Positions 27,662-36,515 of a DNA stretch of 64,000 nt are shown piece after piece. The stretch spans positions 455 to 64,454 of the forward strand of contig JAXEXP010000102.1 of the NCBI GenBank assembly GCA_034113365.1, written 5' to 3'. Within the stretch, counting starts at the first letter, position 1. Each line of letters opens with the position of its first letter. Origin of the DNA: Candidatus Spyradocola sp. (GTDB taxonomy: Bacteria; Bacillota; Clostridia; Christensenellales; UBA1750). The position numbers and the translations under genes were made by a program. The notes under the pieces are model-generated. The model made no database searches. It saw nothing but the letters and a program-made list of their open reading frames with translations, and had not been told where the DNA came from.

Positions 27662-27711
27662 AGAAAAAGGCTGCCCGGGGAGTTTTTCCCTGAGCAGCCG
27701 GTCTTATTTTT
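27662..27711. terminator. bidirectional terminator between the gpsA duplicate and the RraA-like gene
   Basis: GGCTGC-ccggggagtttttccctga-GCAGCC is flanked by AGAAAAA upstream and TTATTTTT downstream. Confidence 0.6.
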
Positions 27712-27714
27712 GGG

Positions 27715-28659
27715 TTAGATGGTGGAGCGGACGGCGTTGGTGCGCCTCATCATCATTTCGCGCATGTAGCCCTCGGGATCCTCGCGCATCTTGCGGGAGC
27801 GCTCGATGTCCTCGTCCCAGGTGAGATACTGGAAGTTCGCGGCGATCTCGCTGGTCTTGAACCAGTTAAGGAAGTCCTGCCACATCTCCTCCGACCAGTT
27901 GGCGTCGATCTCGGTGGCGGAGTACACGCCCTGCTTGAGGCGCTCGAAGCCGAAGTCGTCCTTGAGGTGGGACTTCTCGGCGTTGTCGACGGTCTTTTCG
28001 GCCAGATGGGCGGGCACGAAGAGCACGCCCTCGTTGGAGCCGAACACCACGTCGCCGGGCATGCAGATGGCCTCGCCGATGCGGCAGGGGGAGTTGTAGC
28101 CCGTCATGATGTAGTCGCGGATGGGGGTGGGATGGGTGCCGCGGTGGTAGATCTGGATGCCCTCGATCTTCTTGACCTGGTCCAGGTCGCGGATGCCGCC
28201 CCAGACCACGGCGCCGCCGCGCTTGGTCTTGTTCTTGACCTGGGTGGACAGGTTGCCGCCGAAGAAGGTGCCGTAGTGCACCTTGTCGAACAGGTCGACG
28301 ACCATGACGTCGTCCTCGACCAGGCGGTCGACTGCGGACTTGTTGTAACCGCCCTTGAAGCCGAACTCGCGGGACTCGGCGGTGGCGACCACGTGCAGGT
28401 CGGGGCGCATGGGCACGCAGACGCAGGTGACGGCGCGGCCCACCAGACGGTGATCCTCGGTAGAATGGGTGGTCATGAAGTGGCCCTCGGCCTGGAACTC
28501 GTAGCCTTCCATATAGGAGAGGCCCCAGACCTCCTCCAGCGTCAGCCGGCGCATGCGCTCGAGCACGGACGCGGGTACCTTGGGACGGCCGTCCTCCATG
28601 CGCTCGCCCGTCCACTGGGGCGTCATCTTGATGACTTCTTCGCGGGTGTAGAAAAACAT
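27715..28659 (-). CDS. RraA-family protein (long form; aldolase/decarboxylase-like fold)
   Basis: Start trimmed to the ATG at 28659 (AAGGGGGA 9 nt upstream). 314 aa. The core ...GDVMVVDLFDKVHYGTFFGGNLSTQVKNKTKRGGAVVWGGIRD... is typical of the RraA/DlpA family. Confidence 0.7.
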   Translation of the reverse strand: MFFYTREEVIKMTPQWTGERMEDGRPKVPASVLERMRRLTLEEVWGLSYMEGYEFQAEGHFMTTHSTEDHRLVGRAVTCVCVPMRPDLHVVATAESREFGFKGGYNKSAVDRLVEDDVMVVDLFDKVHYGTFFGGNLSTQVKNKTKRGGAVVWGGIRDLDQVKKIEGIQIYHRGTHPTPIRDYIMTGYNSPCRIGEAICMPGDVVFGSNEGVLFVPAHLAEKTVDNAEKSHLKDDFGFERLKQGVYSATEIDANWSEEMWQDFLNWFKTSEIAANFQYLTWDEDIERSRKMREDPEGYMREMMMRRTNAVRSTI

Positions 28660-28792
28660 GTGAAAAATCCCCCTTTGGATTTTATTTGTTTCTGTATTTA
28701 TCATAGCATACCTGTGCACGCGGGGCAAGAACGGATTGCACTCCGTTCCGCCATGCGGGTCAAAGGTCCGCTTTCCGGCACAGGCAGCGGCG

Positions 28793-30118
28793 TCACGCCG
28801 CCTGAACCGCCCTGCGCCCCCGCAGATAGCGCAGCACAAACAGCGCCGTGGCCGCGATGCGCAGCCCCAGCACCACCGCGTTGAACGCCAGGAAGCCCCG
28901 GTAATCGCCGCCCAGCAGCCCATAGAGCTGCACGCCGATGAAGGGCATCACCGCGTTGGAGAGCGTGACAAACACCATGTTCAGGCTGACGATGAGCGAG
29001 CGGTTGCGCTCGGGGATGACGCTGAGCAGCATCTGCACCAGGCACAGGTTGGTCGCGCTCTGCGGGATGCAGACGATGCAGCCCATCACGATGAACACAA
29101 ATGGGCGAGCTGCGACGGGCGCCGTGCCCGCCACCAGCATCGTCAGCGGGCAGCACATCAGAGAGATCACGCAGAAGATGAACGTAAAGTTCACGCCCTT
29201 TTTCTCGTTCAGCCGCGCAAACACACCCAGCGTGGCCAGCTGCAGGATCGCGCAGATGGCGGTAAAGAAGGACAGCTGCGCCTCGCTCATGCCCACGTAC
29301 TGCGTCTGCCCGATGTACCACATGCTCCAGTCCATGTGCCAGCCAAAGTAGAAGAACATGATGCTGATGAAGTACAGCACGAATTTCCTGTCGCGCACCA
29401 GCCCGTCCAGCACCTCCGCCAGCTGCCGCGCGCTCAGCTTGGGCGCGTGCTCGATGGCCTCCTGCGAGCGCTGCCCGCCCGGCATGCGCCACAGCACCAG
29501 CGCGTTGAGCAGGTTGCAGGCGCCGCAGGCGTAGAAGAAGGCGCGCAGCACGCCCAGCTTGCTGTCGCTGTCGGGCATCGCCGTCAGGATCGTGCCGCAC
29601 ACGATGGGCGCGATGGTGCTGATGGCGAATATAAACCGGTTGCGGAACGCATACACCCGGTTTCGCTCCGCAATCGCCGTCATGTCGCCGAAAAACGCCT
29701 GCCAAATCGCGTTGTACACCACCAGCACGCCCGCCGTCATCGCCAGGAAAAGGAAGAAAAACACCATTCTGTGCTGCCCCATCATGGGCACGGTGCCGTA
29801 GAAGAAGTACGCCACGCCCATGAACAGCATCAGGCACACGGGCATGGTCTTGGCGTTCTTCATCCGGTCGGACAGCACGCCGATGGGCAGCAGCAGCGCC
29901 ACCGCCGCCAGGTTCGCCACCAGCTGGATCATGCCGATCTGGCTGTCCGTCGCGCCCAGGTTCGTGGCGTACAGGTTAGTGCCAAACCCCGACACGCCCG
30001 AGAGCGACATCACAAACTGAAACAGCAGCCCCTCGATGCCGAACAGCATCACCATCCGATTGCGCTTACCGGCAAAAAACCCGGAAATTTCATTTTTTAC
30101 CTTTGCAAATCTGCTCAT
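28793..30118 (-). CDS. MFS transporter
   Basis: 441 aa, about 12 TM helices, with an MFS-like loop motif LPIGVLSDRMKN. Confidence 0.85.
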   Translation of the reverse strand: MSRFAKVKNEISGFFAGKRNRMVMLFGIEGLLFQFVMSLSGVSGFGTNLYATNLGATDSQIGMIQLVANLAAVALLLPIGVLSDRMKNAKTMPVCLMLFMGVAYFFYGTVPMMGQHRMVFFFLFLAMTAGVLVVYNAIWQAFFGDMTAIAERNRVYAFRNRFIFAISTIAPIVCGTILTAMPDSDSKLGVLRAFFYACGACNLLNALVLWRMPGGQRSQEAIEHAPKLSARQLAEVLDGLVRDRKFVLYFISIMFFYFGWHMDWSMWYIGQTQYVGMSEAQLSFFTAICAILQLATLGVFARLNEKKGVNFTFIFCVISLMCCPLTMLVAGTAPVAARPFVFIVMGCIVCIPQSATNLCLVQMLLSVIPERNRSLIVSLNMVFVTLSNAVMPFIGVQLYGLLGGDYRGFLAFNAVVLGLRIAATALFVLRYLRGRRAVQAA

Positions 30119-30160
30119 TTTCCGCCGCTTTCCCCTTCTTCCTGTTTATATCCAGAAAAC

Positions 30161-30189
30161 ATTATACTCAACCGTATATGTTATTACAA
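30161..30189 (-). promoter_or_regulatory. predicted sigma-A promoter of the MFS transporter gene
   Basis: Minus strand TTGTAA - 17 nt - TATAAT. Confidence 0.5.
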
Positions 30190-30210
30190 ATGAAGTTTTG
30201 GAAAAGAGCG

Positions 30211-30247
30211 CGCAAAGAAAGCGGCATCCCCCAAGCGGAGATGCCGC
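30211..30247 (-). terminator. rho-independent terminator of leuA
   Basis: Minus strand GCGGCATC-tccgcttgggg-GATGCCGC followed by TTTCTTTG. Confidence 0.7.
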
Positions 30248-30260
30248 GCAAATCCTTCCG

Positions 30261-31928
30261 TTATTTTCCGATGCGGTTGATGGCCGACACCAGCGCGTTG
30301 ACCGACGCCGCCATGATGTCGTCGTGTGTGCCCGCGCCCCAGTACACCAGCCCCTCGGGCGTCTTGATGCCCACGTACGCAATGGCCTTGGAGTTCGACC
30401 CCTGCTCGATGGCATGCTCCTGGTACTTGATGATGGAGTACCGGTACCCCAGGTTGGCCTTGAGCGCGTTGCTGACCGCGTCCAGGCGGCCGTTGCCCTG
30501 CGCGGTGAACACCTGCTCCTCCTTGCCGCCGTTGAACACCGTGATGGTCGCAATGATGCCGTTCTCCTGCTTGAAGTGCGCCTCCACCACGTCCAGCGGG
30601 TCAAAGAAGTTGACGTAGGTTTCCATAAAGATGGCCAGTATGTCGTCGCCCTGCATCTCCCGGTGCTGGCGGTCGGAAATGCGCTTGACGGTGTACCCGA
30701 AGTCCTCGCGCATGCCCGCGGGCAGGTCGTAGCCGTAGCGGCTCTCCAGCACGTGGCTGATGCCGCCCTTGCCCGACTGGCTGTTGATGCGGATGACGTC
30801 GCTCTCGTACTTCCTGCCGATGTCCGTCGGGTCGATGGACAGATACGGCACCGTCCACCGCTCGGGCGCGTTCTGCTCGCGCCAGCGCATGCCCTTGGTG
30901 ATGGCGTCCTGGTGCCCGCCCGAGAACGCCGCGAACACCAGCTGCCCGGCGTAGGGCTGCCGCTCATAGACGTGCATGCCCGTCACGTGCTCATAGGTCT
31001 CCACCAGCTGCGGCACGTTTTCCAGGTTCAGCCCCGGGTCCACGCCCTGTGCGTACATGTTCAGCGCAATGGTGAGCAGATCCGCGTTGCCGGTGCGCTC
31101 GCCGTTGCCGAACAGCGTGCCCTCCACGCGGTCCGCGCCGGCCAGCAGGCCCATCTCGGTGTCCGCCACGGCGCAGCCGCGGTCGTTGTGCGGGTGCAGC
31201 GACACGATCACGTGCTCCCGGCAGTGCAGGTGGTCGCACATGTACTCGATCTGATTGGCGTACACGTGCGGCATGGACAGCGACACCGTCGCCGGCAGAT
31301 TGATGATCACCGGCCGCTCCGCCGTGGGCTTCCAGATGTCCAGCACCGCGTTGCACACCTCGGCGGCAAACTCCGGCTCCGTGCCGGTAAAGGACTCCGG
31401 CGAGTATTCAAACCGGATGTAGCTGTCCGCCATCATCTCGCCGCGCAGCTGCTCGCACAGCTCTGCGCCGCTGGTTGCGATGTGCACGATCTCCCCGCGG
31501 CTCATGCGGTAGACCTGCTCGCGCTGGGCGACGGACGTGGGGTTGTACAGGTGCACGATGGCGTGCTTCACGCCCTGCAGCGCCTCATAGGTGCGCCGCA
31601 CGATGTGCTCGCGGCTCTGCGTGAGCACCTGCACCGTCACATCCTCGGGGATGAGCCCGCGCTCGATGAGCGTGCGCAAAAACAGATACTCGGTATCCGA
31701 CGCGGCGGGAAAGCCCACCTCGATCTCCTTGAACCCGGCGCGCACCAGCGTCTCGAAATACTCGATCTTCTCGTCCAGGCTCATGGGCACCACCAGCGCC
31801 TGGTTGCCGTCGCGCAAATCGACGGAGCACCACACGGGCGCATGCTCGATGTGGTCGCGCGCCGCCCACCGCATGGGCGCATCCTTGGGCGCATAGTATT
31901 GGATGCCGTATTTGCTCACGTTTTTCAT
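30261..31928 (-). CDS. leuA: 2-isopropylmalate synthase (long LeuA type)
   Basis: Start at the ATG at 31928 (GAGGG 8 nt upstream). WCSVDLRDGNQALVVPM, HPHNDRGCAVA and a C-terminal LeuA dimerisation/regulatory domain are present. 555 aa. Confidence 0.92.
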   Translation of the reverse strand: MKNVSKYGIQYYAPKDAPMRWAARDHIEHAPVWCSVDLRDGNQALVVPMSLDEKIEYFETLVRAGFKEIEVGFPAASDTEYLFLRTLIERGLIPEDVTVQVLTQSREHIVRRTYEALQGVKHAIVHLYNPTSVAQREQVYRMSRGEIVHIATSGAELCEQLRGEMMADSYIRFEYSPESFTGTEPEFAAEVCNAVLDIWKPTAERPVIINLPATVSLSMPHVYANQIEYMCDHLHCREHVIVSLHPHNDRGCAVADTEMGLLAGADRVEGTLFGNGERTGNADLLTIALNMYAQGVDPGLNLENVPQLVETYEHVTGMHVYERQPYAGQLVFAAFSGGHQDAITKGMRWREQNAPERWTVPYLSIDPTDIGRKYESDVIRINSQSGKGGISHVLESRYGYDLPAGMREDFGYTVKRISDRQHREMQGDDILAIFMETYVNFFDPLDVVEAHFKQENGIIATITVFNGGKEEQVFTAQGNGRLDAVSNALKANLGYRYSIIKYQEHAIEQGSNSKAIAYVGIKTPEGLVYWGAGTHDDIMAASVNALVSAINRIGK

Positions 31929-31954
31929 GTCGCTCACCCTCGCTTTGTGGGTTA

Positions 31955-31983
31955 AGTATAGCCTCGGTAGGCGGTTTTGTCAA
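31955..31983 (-). promoter_or_regulatory. near-consensus sigma-A promoter of leuA, overlapping the 3-prime end of the upstream antitoxin-like gene region
   Basis: Minus strand TTGACA - 17 nt - TATACT. It leaves a leader of only about 20 nt, so there is no room for a T-box or attenuator. Confidence 0.6.
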
Positions 31984-32001
31984 GGAAGGGCGTTTGATGG
32001 C

Positions 32002-32310
32002 TCATCGATCATCGGAACCTGCGCCAAGCACGGCGTCTGCCTCATCGGGAGAATAGACCTTGCCGGTGCGGAGGGAATCCACGCCGCGCTGCAGCTCCGC
32101 GTCCAGCTGCGCGCGGGTCATGCCGCCGATGGCGGTGGGCTGCTGCGGCGGCAAATGCAGGTCGAGCGGCATGCCGCGCGTCAGCACGATCTGGCTGTAC
32201 AGCATCTGGATGGCGCTGGACGGCGAAATGCCCAGCTGCTGCAATATGCTCTCCGCGCTTTCCTTGAGATTCGCGTCGATGCGGGCGTAGACTGCCGATG
32301 TGTTTGCCAT
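32002..32310 (-). CDS. RelB/DinJ-family antitoxin-like protein (no adjacent toxin gene)
   Basis: Start at the ATG at 32310 (AAGGAG 10 nt upstream). The N-terminal ribbon-helix-helix MANTSAVYARIDANLKESAESILQQLGISPSSAIQMLYSQIV is typical of DinJ. 102 aa. Confidence 0.75.
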   Translation of the reverse strand: MANTSAVYARIDANLKESAESILQQLGISPSSAIQMLYSQIVLTRGMPLDLHLPPQQPTAIGGMTRAQLDAELQRGVDSLRTGKVYSPDEADAVLGAGSDDR

Positions 32311-32333
32311 AATGCTCACGCTCCTTTGCCTTT

Positions 32334-32375
32334 AGTATACCCGATACGTGCAGCAAATGCAAGCGTTTGCAAGCG
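32334..32375 (-). promoter_or_regulatory. predicted promoter of the DinJ-like gene with an overlapping direct-repeat operator candidate
   Basis: Minus strand TTGCAT - 17 nt - TATACT. On the plus strand TGCAAGCG is repeated at 32358-32365 and 32368-32375 (10-bp spacing), overlapping the -35. Confidence 0.5.
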
Positions 32376-32390
32376 ATGCTTTGGGATGGG

Positions 32391-32427
32391 GTAAAGAAAG
32401 GACCTGCACCTTGCGGTGCAGGTCCTT
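32391..32427 (-). terminator. rho-independent terminator of the surface protein gene
   Basis: Minus strand AAGGACCTGCAC-cgcaag-GTGCAGGTCCTT followed by TCTTTAC. Confidence 0.75.
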
Positions 32428-32461
32428 CTTGTTTCACAGCTTGGTTCACGCTTGCACTTTA

Positions 32462-33829
32462 TTACTTGGCAATGTACTTGGCGCAAACGTAGTTGCCGTT
32501 AGCCAGCTTGGCCCAGCCGCCCTTGATCTCAACGACCTCAACGGCGTCGCCGCGGTGGATCATACCAGCCTTGGCGTAGGAGGTGCCAGCGCCCTTGCGG
32601 ACGTTCAGGTTGCGGCAGGTGACGTAGTAGACCTCAGTCTTCACAACCGGGGGAATGGACTCACCGGTGGTGACGACGATCTTCATGGAGTTGGAGGTGT
32701 AAGCGGTGCCAGTCTTGTCAGCCTTGTAGGAGGCAGTGATGTAGGCAACGCCCTCACGGGTACCAATGACCTTCACGCCATCGATGTCGATGACCTGCTC
32801 GGAGGTGTTGGTGCCGTAGTACAGAGCATCGGGAGTCAGGACCTTGTTGTTGGCAACGCCGACCAGCTTGGGAGCGTAGGTCTCGCCCATAGCGATGGTC
32901 TTGGTGCTATCCTGGAAGATGACGCCCTTAGGATCGGAAGCCTTGATGCCCTTGCGGATCACAACAGTGTACTCCTTGGTGGCGTACAGAGCGGAAGCAG
33001 TCTCCAGCGGGAAGGAAACCTTCGCGCCGTTAGCAGCATCGATGTCAGCGAAGAAGTATTCAGCAGTAGAATTCTTCAGCTTGTAACCCCACTTCTCATC
33101 GCCGAAGTTATTGTAGCTAGCATTGGCGATGTCCATGTTGGTGGGCTTGTAGGCCCAAGTAGCGCCGGTGAAAGCCTTCTTGTTCTCATCGCCGAAGGTG
33201 ATGGCGATGGTCTCGCCCATCTTACCAGCAGCAGCCTCGTCGACGAAATCCAGGTACAGCTTGGAGCCCACGATGTAAGCATCCAGAGACTTCTTGTCAG
33301 AAGACTCAACGTCCAGGATGTTCGCAGTCTTGGCATCCTTGTAAGCAGCGGTGTTGACCAGCTTCAGGGAGATCTTAGCGGTCTCGGTGGTCACCAGAGA
33401 GCCCTTGGTCGCCACGACCTGGATCAGGTAGGTGTCAGAGTAGCCAGCCTTGGTCAGCTGAACAGGGAAGGTCAGCTTGCCCTCGGTCTTGTTCCAGTTG
33501 GCATCCGCATCCAGCTTCTTGCCATCGATGGTGATGACAACACTGTCCGCGCCCTTAACATCGGTGTCGAAGCCCTTGACCTCAACAGTGGCCATCTTGG
33601 TAGCGTCGGTCCACTTGTCAATGCCATCAGCAACTTCATTCTCGAAGTTGTACTCGTGAGTGTAGGAGGTAACGCCGTTCTTGAAGGCACCAGGATTAGT
33701 ATCGCTGGTCACCTTAATGTCGTACTGCTTGTTCTCAACGGTCTTGGTGACGTAGGAGTCAGCAGCGACTGCGGGAATCATGCAAAGCACCATAACCAGT
33801 GCAAGCACGATCGCAAGAGTCTTTTTCAT
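32462..33829 (-). CDS. secreted/cell-surface protein with a Big_2-like Ig domain and a C-terminal SH3b domain
   Basis: Start trimmed to the ATG at 33829 (AAAGGGGAA upstream). The signal peptide is MKKTLAIVLALVMVLCMIPAVAA. VIDIDGVKVIGTREGVAYITASY is Big_2-like. The C-terminus YYVTCRNLNVRKGAGTSYAKAGMIHRGDAVEVVEIKGGWAKL is SH3b-like. Codon usage resembles rpsB/tsf (many GCT/GTT/ACT/AAG). Confidence 0.8.
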   Translation of the reverse strand: MKKTLAIVLALVMVLCMIPAVAADSYVTKTVENKQYDIKVTSDTNPGAFKNGVTSYTHEYNFENEVADGIDKWTDATKMATVEVKGFDTDVKGADSVVITIDGKKLDADANWNKTEGKLTFPVQLTKAGYSDTYLIQVVATKGSLVTTETAKISLKLVNTAAYKDAKTANILDVESSDKKSLDAYIVGSKLYLDFVDEAAAGKMGETIAITFGDENKKAFTGATWAYKPTNMDIANASYNNFGDEKWGYKLKNSTAEYFFADIDAANGAKVSFPLETASALYATKEYTVVIRKGIKASDPKGVIFQDSTKTIAMGETYAPKLVGVANNKVLTPDALYYGTNTSEQVIDIDGVKVIGTREGVAYITASYKADKTGTAYTSNSMKIVVTTGESIPPVVKTEVYYVTCRNLNVRKGAGTSYAKAGMIHRGDAVEVVEIKGGWAKLANGNYVCAKYIAK

Positions 33830-33884
33830 TGTGGTTTTCCCCTTTCGAAAGATTTTTGGAACCAAGCCTTGTGAATCCTGCTAT

Positions 33885-33913
33885 ATGATAACACATCTGT
33901 CAAAGGTTGTAAA
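33885..33913 (-). promoter_or_regulatory. proximal promoter candidate for the surface protein gene
   Basis: Minus strand TTTACA - 17 nt - TATCAT, about 55 nt upstream of the ATG. Confidence 0.35.
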
Positions 33914-33958
33914 GCGCTTTTGTCACATTTCTGAAACAAATTTCGCTTTTCTGAAATC

Positions 33959-33981
33959 TCCGGCGGCTGTGAACGCCGGAT
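33959..33981 (-). terminator. hairpin downstream of pyrH and of the distal promoter (weak U-tract)
   Basis: Minus strand TCCGGCG-ttcacagc-CGCCGGA followed by GATTTCAG. Confidence 0.35.
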
Positions 33982-34055
33982 CTTTCCAACCATTGCGCTG
34001 CGTTATCCCATAACCAGGAACTCACGGGCTTGTATCGATTCCTGATTACAGCTAG

Positions 34056-34084
34056 ATTGTAACATTTCCGTCACATCTTGTCAA
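34056..34084 (-). promoter_or_regulatory. near-consensus sigma-A promoter immediately downstream of pyrH
   Basis: Minus strand TTGACA - 17 nt - TACAAT. It overlaps the 18-bp palindrome TGTAAC-N6-GTCACA (plus strand, about 34058-34075). Confidence 0.55.
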
Positions 34085-34115
34085 GGCTTTCCTGGAAATT
34101 TATTACAGAAATATT

Positions 34116-34856
34116 TCACTGCGCCGAAACCACCGTGCCGATGCGCTCGCCGCACGCCACGCGCATGATGTTGTTCTCCCCCTTGAGCCCGAACACCAGG
34201 ATCGGAATGTTGTTGTCCATGCACAGCGTCAGCGCGGAGTTGTCCATCACGGCCAGCCCGCGGTCGATCACCTCCAGGTAGCTGATCTCGCGGATGGGCT
34301 GCGCGTTCGGGTCCTTCTTCGGGTCTGCGGTGTAGATGTAGTCGGTGTTCTTGGCCAGCAGCAGCGCCTCCGCGCCGATCTCGGCGGCACGCAGGGCGGC
34401 GGTGGTGTCGGTGGTGAAGTAGGGGCTGCCCGTGCCGCATGCGAAGATCACCACGCGCCCCTTCTCCAGGTGGCGGACGGCCCTGCGGCGGATGTAGGGC
34501 TCGGCGATCTGGCGCATCTCGATGGCGGTCTGCACGCGGCAGCCGATGTCCGCGCCGTCCGGGCCCTTGCCCTTGCCCTCGCGCTCGATGGCGTCCTGCA
34601 TGGCCAGCGCGTTGAGCACGGTGGAGAGCATGCCCATGTAGTCGGCGGTGGCGCGGTCCATGGCCATCATCGCGCCCTCTCTGCCGCGCCAGATGTTGCC
34701 GCCGCCGATGACGAGCGCAACCTCCATGCCCGCAGACGCCAGCGCCACGATCTCGCCCGCGACCTTCTGGATGGTCTCGGCGGAAAAGCCCTTTCCGTTT
34801 TCGCCCAGCGCCTCGCCGGACAGCTTGATGAGCACGCGCTTGTAGACAGGTTTCAT
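34116..34856 (-). CDS. pyrH: UMP kinase
   Basis: Start at the ATG at 34856 (GGGGA 9 nt upstream). The product [21 protein letters not shown]...[10 protein letters not shown] is typical PyrH. 246 aa. Confidence 0.95.
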   Translation of the reverse strand: MKPVYKRVLIKLSGEALGENGKGFSAETIQKVAGEIVALASAGMEVALVIGGGNIWRGREGAMMAMDRATADYMGMLSTVLNALAMQDAIEREGKGKGPDGADIGCRVQTAIEMRQIAEPYIRRRAVRHLEKGRVVIFACGTGSPYFTTDTTAALRAAEIGAEALLLAKNTDYIYTADPKKDPNAQPIREISYLEVIDRGLAVMDNSALTLCMDNNIPILVFGLKGENNIMRVACGERIGTVVSAQ

Positions 34857-34889
34857 GCTGAAAAATCCCCTTTCCTGCTTCATTTTCCT

Positions 34890-34920
34890 TAAAAAAAGGG
34901 AACGCAGCGGAGCGTTCCCT
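34890..34920 (-). terminator. hairpin plus U-tract between tsf and pyrH (terminator/attenuator)
   Basis: Minus strand AGGGAACGC-tccgct-GCGTTCCCT followed by TTTTTTAAGG. Confidence 0.6.
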
Positions 34921-34938
34921 GTGGGTTTATGGTGAAAT

Positions 34939-35592
34939 TTACGCCTTCTTGGTCTGCGCGGCGACTTCCTCGGCGAAGTTGTCGTGGCGCTTCTCGAGGC
35001 CCTCGCCCATCTCGTAGCGGACGAAGCGGCGGATCTTGATGTTCTCGCCGGTCATCTGCACGCGCTGGGTGACGTACTGCGCGATGGTCATGTTGGGGTC
35101 CTTGACGAAGGGCTGATCGACCAGGCAGTTGTCCTTGTAGTACTTCTCGACGCGGCCCTCGACCATGCGGTCGACGATCTTCTCGGGCTTGCCCTCGTTC
35201 AGAGCCTGGGCGCGCAGGATCTCGCGCTCCTTGTCCAGGATCTCGGCGGGGACTTCGTCGCGGTTGAGGTAGGCGGGGTTGGCCGCGGCGATGTGCATCG
35301 CGATGTCGCGCACGAACGCCTTGAACTCGGGAGTCTTGGCCACAAAGTCGGTCTCGCAGTTGACCTCGACCATGACGCCGATCTTGCCGCCCATGTGGAT
35401 GTAGGCCTCAACGACGCCCTCGGCGGCCACGCGGCCGGACTTCTTCTCGGCAGAAGCGATGCCCTTCTTGCGGAGCCACTCCATCGCCTTTTCCATATCG
35501 CCATTGGTCTCGGTCAGCGCCTTCTTGCACTCCATCATGCCAACGCCGGTCGCTTCGCGCAGTTCCTTAACCTGTGCTGCAGTGATTGCCAT
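34939..35592 (-). CDS. tsf: translation elongation factor Ts
   Basis: Start trimmed to the ATG at 35592. The product [44 protein letters not shown] has a UBA-like N-domain. 217 aa. Confidence 0.95.
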   Translation of the reverse strand: MAITAAQVKELREATGVGMMECKKALTETNGDMEKAMEWLRKKGIASAEKKSGRVAAEGVVEAYIHMGGKIGVMVEVNCETDFVAKTPEFKAFVRDIAMHIAAANPAYLNRDEVPAEILDKEREILRAQALNEGKPEKIVDRMVEGRVEKYYKDNCLVDQPFVKDPNMTIAQYVTQRVQMTGENIKIRRFVRYEMGEGLEKRHDNFAEEVAAQTKKA

Positions 35593-35612
35593 AGTGTGCT
35601 TCCTCCTGTTCT

Positions 35613-35645
35613 TAATAAAAGGGAGGTCGTAGCGCACCCTCCCTT
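35613..35645 (-). terminator. hairpin plus U-tract between rpsB and tsf (partial terminator)
   Basis: Minus strand AAGGGAGG-gtgcgctacga-CCTCCCTT followed by TTATTAAG. Confidence 0.5.
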
Positions 35646-35658
35646 AGAATGGTTTTGC

Positions 35659-36399
35659 TTACTCAGCGGCTTCCTCAGCGGGAGCCTCGGCAGCGGGAGC
35701 GGCCTCCTCGGTCTGCTCGCCCTGATGGCCCTCCAGAACGGCGTCGGCCATCTTGCCGGCGATCAGCTTGACCGCACGGATGGCGTCGTCGTTGCCGGGG
35801 ATGACGTAGTCGATCTCATCGGGATCGCAGTTGGTGTCCACGATGGCCACGATCGGGATATGCAGCGCGCGGGCTTCCTGCACCGCGATGCGCTCCTTGC
35901 GGGGATCCACGACGAACAGCGCGCCGGGCAGGTTCTTCATCTCGCGGATGCCGCCCAGGTTGGCTTCGAGCTTCTCGCGCTCCAGGGTCAGCTTGGCGAC
36001 TTCCTTCTTGGGCAGCACGTCGAACTGGCCGTCGGCCTCCATCTTGTCGATGGCGTTCAGGCGCGCGATACGGGTCTTGATGGTGCGGAAGTTGGTCATC
36101 ATGCCGCCCAGCCAGCGGTTGTTGACGTAGTACATGCCGCAGCGCTTGGCCTCCTGCTCAACGGACTCCTGCGCCTGCTTCTTGGTGCCGACGAACAGGA
36201 TGGTCTTGCCCTCCAGCGCCAGGTCGCGCACGAACATGTACGCCTCGTCGATCTTGCGGACGGTCTTCTGCAGGTCGATGATGTAGATGCCGTTGCGCTC
36301 GGTGAAGATGTAGGGAGCCATCTTGGGGTTCCAGCGGCGGGTCTGGTGACCGAAGTGCACGCCGGCTTCGAGCAACTGCTTCATAGAGATAACTGCCAT
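35659..36399 (-). CDS. rpsB: 30S ribosomal protein S2
   Basis: 246 aa. [46 protein letters not shown] is the canonical S2 N-terminus. Confidence 0.97.
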   Translation of the reverse strand: MAVISMKQLLEAGVHFGHQTRRWNPKMAPYIFTERNGIYIIDLQKTVRKIDEAYMFVRDLALEGKTILFVGTKKQAQESVEQEAKRCGMYYVNNRWLGGMMTNFRTIKTRIARLNAIDKMEADGQFDVLPKKEVAKLTLEREKLEANLGGIREMKNLPGALFVVDPRKERIAVQEARALHIPIVAIVDTNCDPDEIDYVIPGNDDAIRAVKLIAGKMADAVLEGHQGEQTEEAAPAAEAPAEEAAE

Positions 36400-36515
36400 G
36401 GTGGTTTGCCTCCTTGTTTTGCCTCCCCCGCGCCTTGGTTTTCAGGCGGCCCAGCGGAAGACCTCCTTCCGCCACAAGCGCCCGAGCACGGGGTGTGTAT
36501 TTCACACGCTCAAAA

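Noticed and set aside
27534-27824. A 96-aa plus-strand ORF downstream of gpsA.
   Set aside because: It reads out of frame across the duplicated gpsA fragment, the terminator and the antisense of the RraA-like gene. It has no RBS and an Arg/Gly/Ser-rich composition typical of GC-rich non-coding frames.
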